From: Candidatus Sumerlaeia bacterium
GTDB lineage: Bacteria > Sumerlaeota > Sumerlaeia > SLMS01 > JANRJK01
Length of the DNA stretch: 64,000 nucleotides
Direction: 5' to 3'
Assembly (NCBI GenBank): GCA_033764015.1
Contig: JANRJK010000021.1
Location: 1 to 64,000 of the forward strand
The notes beneath the pieces were generated by a model that made no database searches, was not told the origin of the DNA, and saw only the letters and a program-made list of their open reading frames with translations. The first letter of the stretch is position 1. Each line of letters starts with the position of its first letter. The position numbers and the translations under genes are program-made. Below are positions 55,988-64,000 of the stretch, in pieces.

Positions 55988-56027
55988 CCGGGCGGCGGGG
56001 AGTCAATCCCCGCCGCCCGGCTTGTTT
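55988..56027. terminator. Bidirectional terminator between convergent genes
   Basis: ccgggcggcgggga-gtcaa-tccccgccgcccgg: 14-bp stem followed by cttgttt, with an extra outer imperfect stem. Confidence 0.8.
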
Positions 56028-56045
56028 CCGGGGTGGGTGGCGCCG

Positions 56046-58835
56046 TTACGGCGCGACTTCGAGTTCCAGCCGCGCGCGCACCATGCCGGATGCGTTGCCC
56101 GAGAACAGCCGCAGCGCGTCCTTCGCCTGGTTCCCGTTGTCGCCCTGCTCGAAGCGCAGGCGGAACTGCGTCGAACCCGTGCGCTGGATGGCGGCGAGCG
56201 CTTCCGCGGAAAGCGGCCAGCAGACCGTCTCGCCCGCGGCGGCGGGCAGCACCGGCACGGCCGCGGTGGCGTCCGCGATGTAGGCGTGCGATTCGAAGTC
56301 CTCCATCTCGAGACCGGGGGACGTGCCGAAGTTCATCGCCAGGTTCGGGCAGAGCATCTCGACATAGACGCGCCCGAGCGTGGACGGGTCGCCGAGGGGA
56401 CGCTCCAGCGTGACGCAGATCGACGCGGAGACGATCTCAGCACCCGGGTAGGCGTTCATCACCGAGGTGTCGAAGGAGAGGAGCGCCTTCACCTGCTGGT
56501 CGAGCGCGCTGTCGCCCAGCTCGATGATCTGGTTCGTGGCGTCCACCAGGTTGCCGACGCCGGCGCCGGCGGTGTACTCGACCACGAAGCCGTCGTTGTT
56601 GGGGGTCGAGTAAATCGGATCGAGCGGTTCCGAAGCCGAGGAACCGGCCGGGTTGTCGCCGCAGCCGAGGTCCGTCGGCAGCAGCGTCGAGAGCACCAGG
56701 TCGGTTCGGCGGAAGCGGTTCGAGTTCGTGACACCGCCCGCGCCGAAGGTCACGAAGTCCGCCGCCGCGTTGCCATCGGTCGGGTTCGTGAAGCGGAGGC
56801 GGAACTGCGCGTTGCCCGTCGTCGGGATCAAGGACCACGCGGCGGGATCGAGCAGGGCCACGATGGCCTCGCCCGGCAGCGCCGCCGCGACAGTGGCGTT
56901 GGGGATCGTGGCAACCGGCGTGAAGTCCGCCGCCGCCTCGAAGTCCTCCGCCTGCCAGCCCGCGGTCGGGCCGAAGAAGGGCACCGCGAGTTCCACGACC
57001 AGATCGCCGAGGTTCGAGACGTCGCCGACCTTCGTTTCGATGGGAAGACGCAGCCGCGCGTCCGTGATGCCGCGGCAGCCGAGCACCGTCGTGAAGCCGA
57101 GGACGCTGCGCAGTTCAAGGTCGCGCGCGTCGTCGCCGACCTGCGCGCGCCGGTTCGCGATCAACACCGTGCCGCCGGTGCCGGGAGCGCCGGGCGCCTC
57201 GTACAGGTTGCCGTCCTGCAGGAACGACGAATCCATGTACGCCGTCCCGCCGTCGTCGGAGCCGATCACGACCTCGAAGGTGCACTCCGCCGTGTTCCCT
57301 CCATCGTCGGTGAGCGTCACCGTCACCGTTGTGCAGCCGGGGCCAAACACGGATGGCGTGTAGGAGACATCGAGCCCCGCTCCGCAGTTGTCCGTGCCGA
57401 AGGAGGCCGGATCGTTCCACGCGGAATCGAGCGAGGGATCGAAGCCGCTCGCCGAGTTCGCCACCAGCACGCGCCCCGGCGGCAGGATCGCCGGCGGGCA
57501 CTGCGTGAACGTCGGGTCGATGTTGTCCTCGACCGTAACCGTGGCTTCGCAGGTGCCCGTCGCGCCGTCGGCATCGGTCACCGTGAGCGTCACGGTGTTC
57601 GCGCCGAGGTTGCTGCAATCGAAGGTGTCCGGGCTGACCGAGACCGACGCGATGGTGAGGTCGCCGAAGGAACCGTTGTCCACCGCGGAGGCCGCGAGCG
57701 TCGCGCTGCCGCTGCCGTCGAGTTGGATCGTCACGTTCTGGCAAAGCGCCGTGGGCGGGGCGAGCAGCGTCACCGACTCCGTCGTCCCGTCAAGGTTGCG
57801 CGAGATCACATCCAACGCGTTCCAGGAGGCTTCGGCCGCGATTTCCGGCGTGATCGTTCCCGGCGTCGCCGCGTTGACAGTGATTTGCCAAGAAGTCCCG
57901 GAGCCCGTCAGGTCGAAGTCCGTCACCGTCGAGGTGCCGCTGAAGGTGATGTCCGCCGGAACAAGCGTGCGGTCCTCGATCGCCGCGCCGAACGCCAGAT
58001 CGAACGTCGCGGGGAGCACGCTTGTCGTGTCCGCCTGTGTCGCCGCCCGCGTGATCGCGGCGGCGTAGTCCGGAAGGATCGAGACTGGCGTGTCGCCAAC
58101 GCCCCGATTCACGAAATCATAACTGGTTTGCCGCACGACACCGGCGTTTCCGCTGAGGGGGTAACGAAGCACCGGTAGAAAATCGCAACATGGCCAGAAG
58201 GCCCAAGCGTTGCCGCTGGGAACACCAAGTGTGTCTATCCGGGCAGGGTATCCTTGATCAAGGACCGCTCCCGGGTTGACAAACTTCGCCACCCCGATAC
58301 CGAACCAATTGCCCGGCCTGCCGACGTTGAGCGGCGTCGGGAAGCTGTGCGAGACGAAGTTGAAGGCAGCGGGGGAGTTACTCGGAATCGTGGCGATGGG
58401 GATCGCATCGCGCATGTCGCCGTCTTGCGTGGGGTCGGCGTAGATGATGAAGTCGAACGGCTCGTTGGCCGTCCCCTGGCGTGTGATCCGCACCGTGATC
58501 GACGTCAGCGACTCGCCAGTCGGTTGAACCTGAAACGCCTGTACCCATAGAAACTCAATATCCCCGGATCCGGCGAAGCCAGAACCCCCATTTCCGTCGT
58601 TCTCCGTGTCGTCGTAAGTCACGGCGCGGAGGAGGCTGCCACCGCCGCCTTGCGTTGTGCCCGCCTCAGCCAAGGCAGAGTCCATGTCGGGCATCACTTC
58701 CGGGACTTTGTACGCCACCTGCGCTTGCAGTGGCAGAGCCGCGAGCGTTGCAAGGGCTGCGGCGAGAGCCGCGCGGGTGGCGCGGGGAGGGCGCGGCGCA
58801 CAGAACCGCCGCGCCGACAGGAGGGAAGTGCGCAA
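56046..58835 (-). CDS. Secreted/surface multidomain beta-sandwich protein (Ig/HYR-like plus two tandem C-terminal repeats)
   Basis: TTG start with SD GGAGG, signal peptide ...LPLQA|Q, HYR-like PTALCQNVTI...DNGS...FDCSNLGANTVTLTVTD...TVTVED, duplicated ~190-aa C-terminal domain. Confidence 0.85.
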   Translation of the reverse strand: MRTSLLSARRFCAPRPPRATRAALAAALATLAALPLQAQVAYKVPEVMPDMDSALAEAGTTQGGGGSLLRAVTYDDTENDGNGGSGFAGSGDIEFLWVQAFQVQPTGESLTSITVRITRQGTANEPFDFIIYADPTQDGDMRDAIPIATIPSNSPAAFNFVSHSFPTPLNVGRPGNWFGIGVAKFVNPGAVLDQGYPARIDTLGVPSGNAWAFWPCCDFLPVLRYPLSGNAGVVRQTSYDFVNRGVGDTPVSILPDYAAAITRAATQADTTSVLPATFDLAFGAAIEDRTLVPADITFSGTSTVTDFDLTGSGTSWQITVNAATPGTITPEIAAEASWNALDVISRNLDGTTESVTLLAPPTALCQNVTIQLDGSGSATLAASAVDNGSFGDLTIASVSVSPDTFDCSNLGANTVTLTVTDADGATGTCEATVTVEDNIDPTFTQCPPAILPPGRVLVANSASGFDPSLDSAWNDPASFGTDNCGAGLDVSYTPSVFGPGCTTVTVTLTDDGGNTAECTFEVVIGSDDGGTAYMDSSFLQDGNLYEAPGAPGTGGTVLIANRRAQVGDDARDLELRSVLGFTTVLGCRGITDARLRLPIETKVGDVSNLGDLVVELAVPFFGPTAGWQAEDFEAAADFTPVATIPNATVAAALPGEAIVALLDPAAWSLIPTTGNAQFRLRFTNPTDGNAAADFVTFGAGGVTNSNRFRRTDLVLSTLLPTDLGCGDNPAGSSASEPLDPIYSTPNNDGFVVEYTAGAGVGNLVDATNQIIELGDSALDQQVKALLSFDTSVMNAYPGAEIVSASICVTLERPLGDPSTLGRVYVEMLCPNLAMNFGTSPGLEMEDFESHAYIADATAAVPVLPAAAGETVCWPLSAEALAAIQRTGSTQFRLRFEQGDNGNQAKDALRLFSGNASGMVRARLELEVAP

Positions 58836-59015
58836 GGATGCGCCTCCTTGTTCGGGATGTTTTCGATCTTGAAACGACTTAGGGTAGGCACAAGGAAAAA
58901 CCGGGGTTTTCTAGTATTGCGTCCTGGAACCGGGCGCAGCGCGCCCCATCGCGCTTGACGTCCCCCGACGCCGCGCCGTGACTGGTGGATTGCGTCCCAC
59001 GGAGGGTCCTCCGCC

Positions 59016-60140
59016 ATGACCGACCACGCCGCGCCCAACGGCGCCGCCAGCACGCCCCCGCACGTCCGCATCTCCGAGCTCCGCCCGGGGATGACGATCC
59101 AGTCCGCCTACCTGGTCGCCTCCGTCGAGCAGCGCACCAAGAAGAACGGCGAACCGTTCTTCATGCTCCAGCTCGCCGACGTGTCGGGCACGATCCCCGC
59201 CGTCATGTGGGACAACCACGACTCGCTCGTGGCGGGCACCGTGGGGGTGGAGGACTTCGCCGTCGTCACCGCCGACGTCGCGGAGTTCAAGGACGCGCCG
59301 CAGCTCACGCTCCGCCGCATCGGCACCGTGGACGAGGCGCTGATCGACACGCGGAACTTCCTGGCGGAAAGCCCCCGCCCCCGCGCGGAGATGGAGGCGG
59401 AGCTGGACGCGCTGCTGGCGCGGATCCGCCACCCGGACGTGCGGCGGCTGATGGCGAAGATGCTCGGGCATCCGAAGCTGCGCGAGGCGTACTGCACGGC
59501 GCCCGCCGCCGCGCGCCTGCACCAGGCGTACCGCGGCGGCCTCCTGGAGCACACGTTGATCGTGGTGAACCACGCGCTGAACGCCGCGCCGCAGTACGAG
59601 CCGGTGAACCGCGACGTGCTGATCGCGGGGGCGCTGCTGCACGACGTCGGGAAGGTGCGGGAATACTCCTGGCGCCGCACGATCCTCTACACGGACGAGG
59701 GGCGCCTGCTCGGCCATGTCGTCATGGGCGCCATGATGGCCGAGGCGGCGATCCGCGAGCTGCAGCGCGAGCCGGAGGGCTTCGACGACTCGCTCCGCCG
59801 CCACATCCTGCACCTGATCCTCAGCCACCACGGCAAGCTCGAGTGGGGCGCGCCCTCGACGCCGAAGACGCGCGAGGCGCTGCTGCTCCACTACGCCGAC
59901 CAGATGGACGCCTTCATGGTGATCGCGACGGACGACATGAAGCGCGCGGCGGTCCGCGGCGACGAGTGGACGAGCTACAACCGCTTCTTCGAGTCGTACC
60001 TGTTCGCGGGGACGCCGGCGCCGCTGGAGGAGGCGGAGCGGGAGCGCTTCCTGGTGCCGCCCCCCGGACCGCTTGCGCCTGCGAGCGGCCCGGCGGACGA
60101 TACCGGTCCGACCACGAAAGCCGCCGCAGGAAACCCATGA
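59016..60140 (+). CDS. yhaM: OB-fold + HD-domain 3'-5' exoribonuclease (YhaM/Cbf1 family)
   Basis: TKKNGEPF..L.L.D.SG, PAAARLHQAYRGGLLEHT, LLHDVGK, EGRLLGH, ILSHHG, LHYADQMDA. Confidence 0.88.
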   Translation: MTDHAAPNGAASTPPHVRISELRPGMTIQSAYLVASVEQRTKKNGEPFFMLQLADVSGTIPAVMWDNHDSLVAGTVGVEDFAVVTADVAEFKDAPQLTLRRIGTVDEALIDTRNFLAESPRPRAEMEAELDALLARIRHPDVRRLMAKMLGHPKLREAYCTAPAAARLHQAYRGGLLEHTLIVVNHALNAAPQYEPVNRDVLIAGALLHDVGKVREYSWRRTILYTDEGRLLGHVVMGAMMAEAAIRELQREPEGFDDSLRRHILHLILSHHGKLEWGAPSTPKTREALLLHYADQMDAFMVIATDDMKRAAVRGDEWTSYNRFFESYLFAGTPAPLEEAERERFLVPPPGPLAPASGPADDTGPTTKAAAGNP

Positions 60141-60562
60141 CGCCAGGTTCGCCAACCCCCGATTCAAGCCGCAGAAGCCAGGAGCGCCTCGGCTTTGTTT
60201 CGGACTGCCAGGTCGAGGTGGTGTCGCCGGCGTACACGATGCTGGCGAAGCCGCTGCCCGGCAAGACGGCGAACATCACGCTGAACGGGATGAAGCTGCT
60301 CTTCCCGCTCTTCCCGAAGCGGACCGCGGGCACCTGGCGCAAGGCGGTGGACGCCTACGAGCGGGTGCATGTGCGCGTGGACTTCCCGACGCGCGGGGGC
60401 CGGCTGGTGCTGCCGGGCGCCGTGGTCTGGTTCCAGGCGGACGAGGGCGAGGATCCCGACACGGTGTCGGCGGCCGCGGGGATCCTGTTCAGCGTGCTGA
60501 GGGAAGCGGAATCGCGGGCGCTCAAGGAGCTGCTCGCGCACCTCGAAACGAACTACGACTAA
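60137..60562 (+). CDS. PilZ-domain protein
   Basis: RxxxR (RRSQER), (D/N)xSxxG-like NITLNG, GAVVW, AGILF. ATGA overlap with yhaM. Confidence 0.75.
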   Translation: MTPGSPTPDSSRRSQERLGFVSDCQVEVVSPAYTMLAKPLPGKTANITLNGMKLLFPLFPKRTAGTWRKAVDAYERVHVRVDFPTRGGRLVLPGAVVWFQADEGEDPDTVSAAAGILFSVLREAESRALKELLAHLETNYD

Positions 60563-60577
60563 GCGGAGGAGCGCGCG

Positions 60578-61507
60578 GTGGAGGATCCCGTGCGCGGTCC
60601 CGGTGGCTGGCGCAGGCACGCGCGGCGGGCCGTGGAATTGGCGCGTGCGCGGGCCGGGCGCTCGCCGGAGGCGCGGCGCCGGGCGGCGGGGCTGCTGCGC
60701 GGCGCGGGCTTCGGCATCGCCTACGGGGCGTTTCTCGAGCCGAGCTGGCTGCAGGCGACGCTGCACCACGTGGCGCTGCCGGGCTGGCCCGCGGAGCTGG
60801 ACGGCTACCGCATCGCGCACCTTTCCGACATCCACCACAACGCGGTGCAGAGCGCCGGCTTCCTGGCGCGCGCGGTGGCGCTGGCCTCGTCGATGGATCC
60901 GGACGCGGTGGCGCTGACGGGGGACTTCATCACGCGCGACCCGGCGCGGATGGAGCCTTGCCTGGCGGCGTTGGCGCGGGTGCGGGCGCACGACGGGGTG
61001 TTCTGCGTGCGGGGGAACCACGACGCGCCGGTGCCGCTGGAGCGGACGCGCGCGCTGATGGAGCGGCTCGGGATGCGGCTGCTGGAGAACGAGTCGGTGC
61101 GGATCGAGCCGGCGCGGCGGGCCTTCGGGGCGGCGCCGGCGCGGCTGCGGCTGGCGGGGGTGGGCGACCTGTGGACGGCGCGCTGCTCGCCGGGCGAGGC
61201 GCTGGCCGGGGCGCCGCCGGAGGAGCCGGCGATCCTGCTGTCGCACCATCCGGGAGCGGTGCGGCTGGTGCCGGACGGCCGGCGGCTGGACCTGGTCCTG
61301 GCGGGGCACACGCACGGGGGGCAGGTGCGGCCCTTCCACCGCGAGCTTCCCTTGCTCTCCGGGGGCGAGACGCGCCACCAAACTGGTCTAAGCCGGCATG
61401 GCGCGACGGCGGTCTTCGTGAGCCGCGGGGTCGGCAGCAGCCAGTTGCACTTCCGCTGGAATTGCCGGCCCGAGGTCGCTTTGCTGGTGTTGCACCGCGC
61501 AAGCTGA
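60578..61507 (+). CDS. Metallophosphoesterase (YkuE/YaeI-like)
   Basis: HLSDIH, LTGDF, GNHD, LLSHHP, AGHTHGGQ, VSRGVG, RWNCRPE. Confidence 0.92.
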   Translation: MEDPVRGPGGWRRHARRAVELARARAGRSPEARRRAAGLLRGAGFGIAYGAFLEPSWLQATLHHVALPGWPAELDGYRIAHLSDIHHNAVQSAGFLARAVALASSMDPDAVALTGDFITRDPARMEPCLAALARVRAHDGVFCVRGNHDAPVPLERTRALMERLGMRLLENESVRIEPARRAFGAAPARLRLAGVGDLWTARCSPGEALAGAPPEEPAILLSHHPGAVRLVPDGRRLDLVLAGHTHGGQVRPFHRELPLLSGGETRHQTGLSRHGATAVFVSRGVGSSQLHFRWNCRPEVALLVLHRAS

Positions 61508-61522
61508 ACGCCCGGAGAGCCG

Positions 61523-62707
61523 ATCATCGCCAAGCCGCGCCCCCGCACCCGGATCGTCGAGCTGTGCGCCGTGGACTTCACGATGCGCCAGTTCATCGCC
61601 CCGCTCGCGCTCCACCTGAAGGAGCACGGCTGGGAGGTGGTGGGCGCGTGCTCGCGGGGGCGCTACTGGGACGAGCTGGAGGCGCGCGGCCTGAAGATGG
61701 TCGAGATGCCGATCGCCCGCAGCGCGAACCCGCTGCGGGCGCTCCCGAGCCTGTGGCGCCTCTCGCGGTGGCTCTTCGAGGTGAAGCCGCACGTGCTCCA
61801 CGTGCACACCCCGGTGGCGGCGCTGCTCGGGCGCCTGGCGGGGCTCTTCACCGGCGTGCCGGTCGTCGTGTACACGGCGCACGGGTTCTACTTCCACGAC
61901 CAGATGCGGCCCCTGCCGCGGCTTGTGTACTTCATGATGGAGTGGCTGGCGGCGCCGCTGCACACGCACCTGTTCTGCGTGAGCGAGGAGGACGCGCGCA
62001 TGGCGGTGCCGAAGGGCCTCGGACGCAAGGGCGACGTCTTCTACGTGTCGAACGGCGTGGACTCGCGCGTGTTCAACCCGGAGCGCGCGGACCTGCTGGA
62101 GGGGAGCGCGAAGCTGCGCGAGGAGCTCGGCATCCCGCCCAACACCCCGGTGCTGACGACCGTCGGGCGCCTCGTGCGGCAGAAGGGCTACATCGAGCTG
62201 TTCGAGGCGGCGAAGCTCCTCCTCGAGCGGCACCCGCAGCTCCACATCCTGGTGGTGGGCGACGAGCTGCAGGACGAGCCGGACCGCGCGCGGGCGTACC
62301 TCGAGGGCGCGGCGAAGGCGCCGGAGCTGGCGGGCATGGTGCACTTCACCGGCATGCGCGAGGACGTCCCCGCGCTGCTCGCGCTGACCGACATCTTCGT
62401 GCAGCCCAGCTACCGCGAGGGGCTGCCGACCGCGGTGATCGAGGCGATGATGATGGCGCGCCCGGTGGTCGCCACGCGCGTGAGGGGGAACCGCGAGGCG
62501 GTCCGCGACGGCGAAACCGGATTCCTTGTGGACCTTGGCTCCGTCGAGGAGCTGGCGGGCGCGGTGGACTACCTGCTGCGGAACCCGTCGACGGCGGCGG
62601 AGATGGGCGCGGCGGGGCGGCGGCGCGCGCTGGCGAACTACGAACTCTCCGCGGTGCTCCGCAAGCAGTACAACCTGCTGCGGCAGTTCGCCGCCGCGGT
62701 GCGCTAG
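61523..62707 (+). CDS. Glycosyltransferase family 4
   Basis: HVHTP, YTAHGF, VGRLVRQKG, PSYREGLPTAVIEAM. The likely first strand RIVELCAVDF lies upstream of GTG 61571, so a non-canonical ATC start near 61523 is inferred. Confidence 0.88.
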   Translation: MIAKPRPRTRIVELCAVDFTMRQFIAPLALHLKEHGWEVVGACSRGRYWDELEARGLKMVEMPIARSANPLRALPSLWRLSRWLFEVKPHVLHVHTPVAALLGRLAGLFTGVPVVVYTAHGFYFHDQMRPLPRLVYFMMEWLAAPLHTHLFCVSEEDARMAVPKGLGRKGDVFYVSNGVDSRVFNPERADLLEGSAKLREELGIPPNTPVLTTVGRLVRQKGYIELFEAAKLLLERHPQLHILVVGDELQDEPDRARAYLEGAAKAPELAGMVHFTGMREDVPALLALTDIFVQPSYREGLPTAVIEAMMMARPVVATRVRGNREAVRDGETGFLVDLGSVEELAGAVDYLLRNPSTAAEMGAAGRRRALANYELSAVLRKQYNLLRQFAAAVR

Positions 62708-62711
62708 GGCC

Positions 62712-63617
62712 GTGCCCCGGATCCTCGTCGTCGGCGGCACCGGGCCCACCGGCGAGCGCGTCGTGCGGCGCCTCGTGCGCAAGGGCTACAACGTGCTCGT
62801 GCTCACCCGCGAGCCCGAGTCGGAGGTTATCCGGGCGCTGCAGAACGAGGGCGCGAAGGTCCGCGAGGGCGACGCGGTGCGGCGCTGGACGCTGTGGGAG
62901 GCGCTGGAGGGCTGCGACGCGCTGGTCTCCTGCGCGCACTTGCGCTACGGCGACGCGTGCACGCAGGCGTGCCGCCAGCTCGGCGTCTCGCGCCTCATCG
63001 TGATGTCGTCCACGCGGCGCTTCACCCGCTTCCCGGACACGATCTCGGAGGAGGTGATCGCGGGCGAGTCGGCGGTCGCGACGAGCAACCTGGACTGGAC
63101 CATCGTGCGCTGCACGCAGATCTACGGCGGGCGCCGCGACAACAACGTGACGCTGCTGATGGATTGGTTCAAGAAGCGCAACTACGCGTTCATCGCGGGG
63201 CGCGGCACCAGCCTGATCCAGCCGGTCTTCGTCGAGGACGTGGTGGACGGCGTGGTGGCGGCGCTGGAGCGCGAGGACGCCGTGGGCCACGCGCTGAACC
63301 TCGCCGGCCCGGAGCCGCTGACGTACCGCCGCTACCTGACGGAGATCGCGCGCGCGGCGGGGCGGACGAGCCCCGACCTCTATCCCATCCCGGTCGCCGG
63401 CGCGGTGCTCGGAGCGAAGCTGCTGGAACCCGCGCTGCACCGCTACAACATCACCGCGGAGCGCGTCCGCCGGCTCACGGAGGACAAGCACATCAGCATC
63501 CACCTGGCGCGCGAGATCCTCGCGTTCCGCCCGCGCCCGTTCACCGCCGGACTGCAGTTGAAGGCGGAAGGGAAGGCGGAGGTGGAGGCGATGTACCCGG
63601 CGCCGAAGCCCGAATGA
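62712..63617 (+). CDS. NAD(P)-binding epimerase/atypical SDR
   Basis: ILVVGGTGPTG, SNLDWTIVR, IYG, QPVFVEDV, NLAGPEPLTY. Confidence 0.88.
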   Translation: MPRILVVGGTGPTGERVVRRLVRKGYNVLVLTREPESEVIRALQNEGAKVREGDAVRRWTLWEALEGCDALVSCAHLRYGDACTQACRQLGVSRLIVMSSTRRFTRFPDTISEEVIAGESAVATSNLDWTIVRCTQIYGGRRDNNVTLLMDWFKKRNYAFIAGRGTSLIQPVFVEDVVDGVVAALEREDAVGHALNLAGPEPLTYRRYLTEIARAAGRTSPDLYPIPVAGAVLGAKLLEPALHRYNITAERVRRLTEDKHISIHLAREILAFRPRPFTAGLQLKAEGKAEVEAMYPAPKPE

Positions 63618-64000
63618 GCGAGGGGCGCGAGGTCCGCAAGCTCGGCCCCGTCCCGCGGAAGCCGGAGGAGCGCCGCGCGCTGCTCGCCGACGGCTCCGGC
63701 ATCGACCTGCTGCTCGACACCGTGGTGAAGTTCCGCATTCGCGCCGGCGCTCCGGTGCCCGAGGAGGCGCTCGCCTTCGACCGGCGCGAGCGCGCCCGCG
63801 CGGCGGCGTGGCGGCTGCTCTCGCGCGGACCGCAGACGCGCACCACGCTGCGCCGCGGCCTGGTCCAGCGCCGGCACCGCGCGGCGGACGCGGACGCGGT
63901 GATCGGCGATCTGGAGGCGCGCGGCTTCCTGGACGAGCGGGCGCTGGCGGCGGACCTGGCGGAGCGCCGCGCCAACGCCCGCCGCGGACCCCGCATGATC
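63614..64000 (+). CDS. recX: Regulatory protein RecX (partial, runs off the right edge)
   Basis: Manual translation from ATG 63614 (ATGA overlap): ...ARAAAWRLLSRGPQTRTTLRRGL...VIGDLEARGFLDERALA...RRGPRMI matches the RecX helical repeats. Confidence 0.75.
   Translation, partial: MSEGREVRKLGPVPRKPEERRALLADGSGIDLLLDTVVKFRIRAGAPVPEEALAFDRRERARAAAWRLLSRGPQTRTTLRRGLVQRRHRAADADAVIGDLEARGFLDERALAADLAERRANARRGPRMI

Noticed and set aside
1..64000. CRISPR arrays, tRNA, rRNA, tmRNA
   Set aside because: No regularly spaced repeats or recognisable RNA-gene signatures were seen in the short intergenic regions. This was a manual inspection only.

Overview
High-GC bacterial chromosomal segment, mostly core genes. 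The pilin family with an (A)FTLIELL leader and a C-terminal YDPTNGTxSxGD motif suggests Candidatus Sumerlaeota/BRC1 or a relative (inference only). The left edge carries the 5' end of a tyrosine recombinase, missed by the ORF track and divergent from a PilB/GspE ATPase. Then come an SDR, an ATP-grasp enzyme, mgtE, thpR, an orphan kinase, HU, a DEAD-box helicase, a GT-C-like protein and a membrane-fusion protein. Next are an ECF sigma factor with an 881-aa anti-sigma (FecR-like, DUF3352-like and pilin-like C-terminal domains), a GAF sigma54 activator divergent from an AhpD/YHS pair, a pilin, gltA, a GGDEF protein with degenerate HD-GYP, add, lptF/G, a His-phosphatase and a ~1000-aa unknown secreted protein. 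The dcw cluster (mraZ-rsmH-ftsL-ftsI-murE-murF-mraY-murD-ftsW-murG-murC-murB-ftsQ-ftsA) lacks ddl and ftsZ and has a ~250-nt structured element between ftsL and ftsI. After it come a degenerate MqnA, a lower-GC two-gene islet (YjbR/DUF5655-like gene plus a PD-(D/E)XK nuclease with a possible PUA-like domain; candidate defence module), AIM24, a surface protein, and a yhaM-PilZ-phosphoesterase-GT4-epimerase-recX operon. No rRNA, tRNA or CRISPR array was recognised. Family calls come from motif recognition by eye, not database searches.
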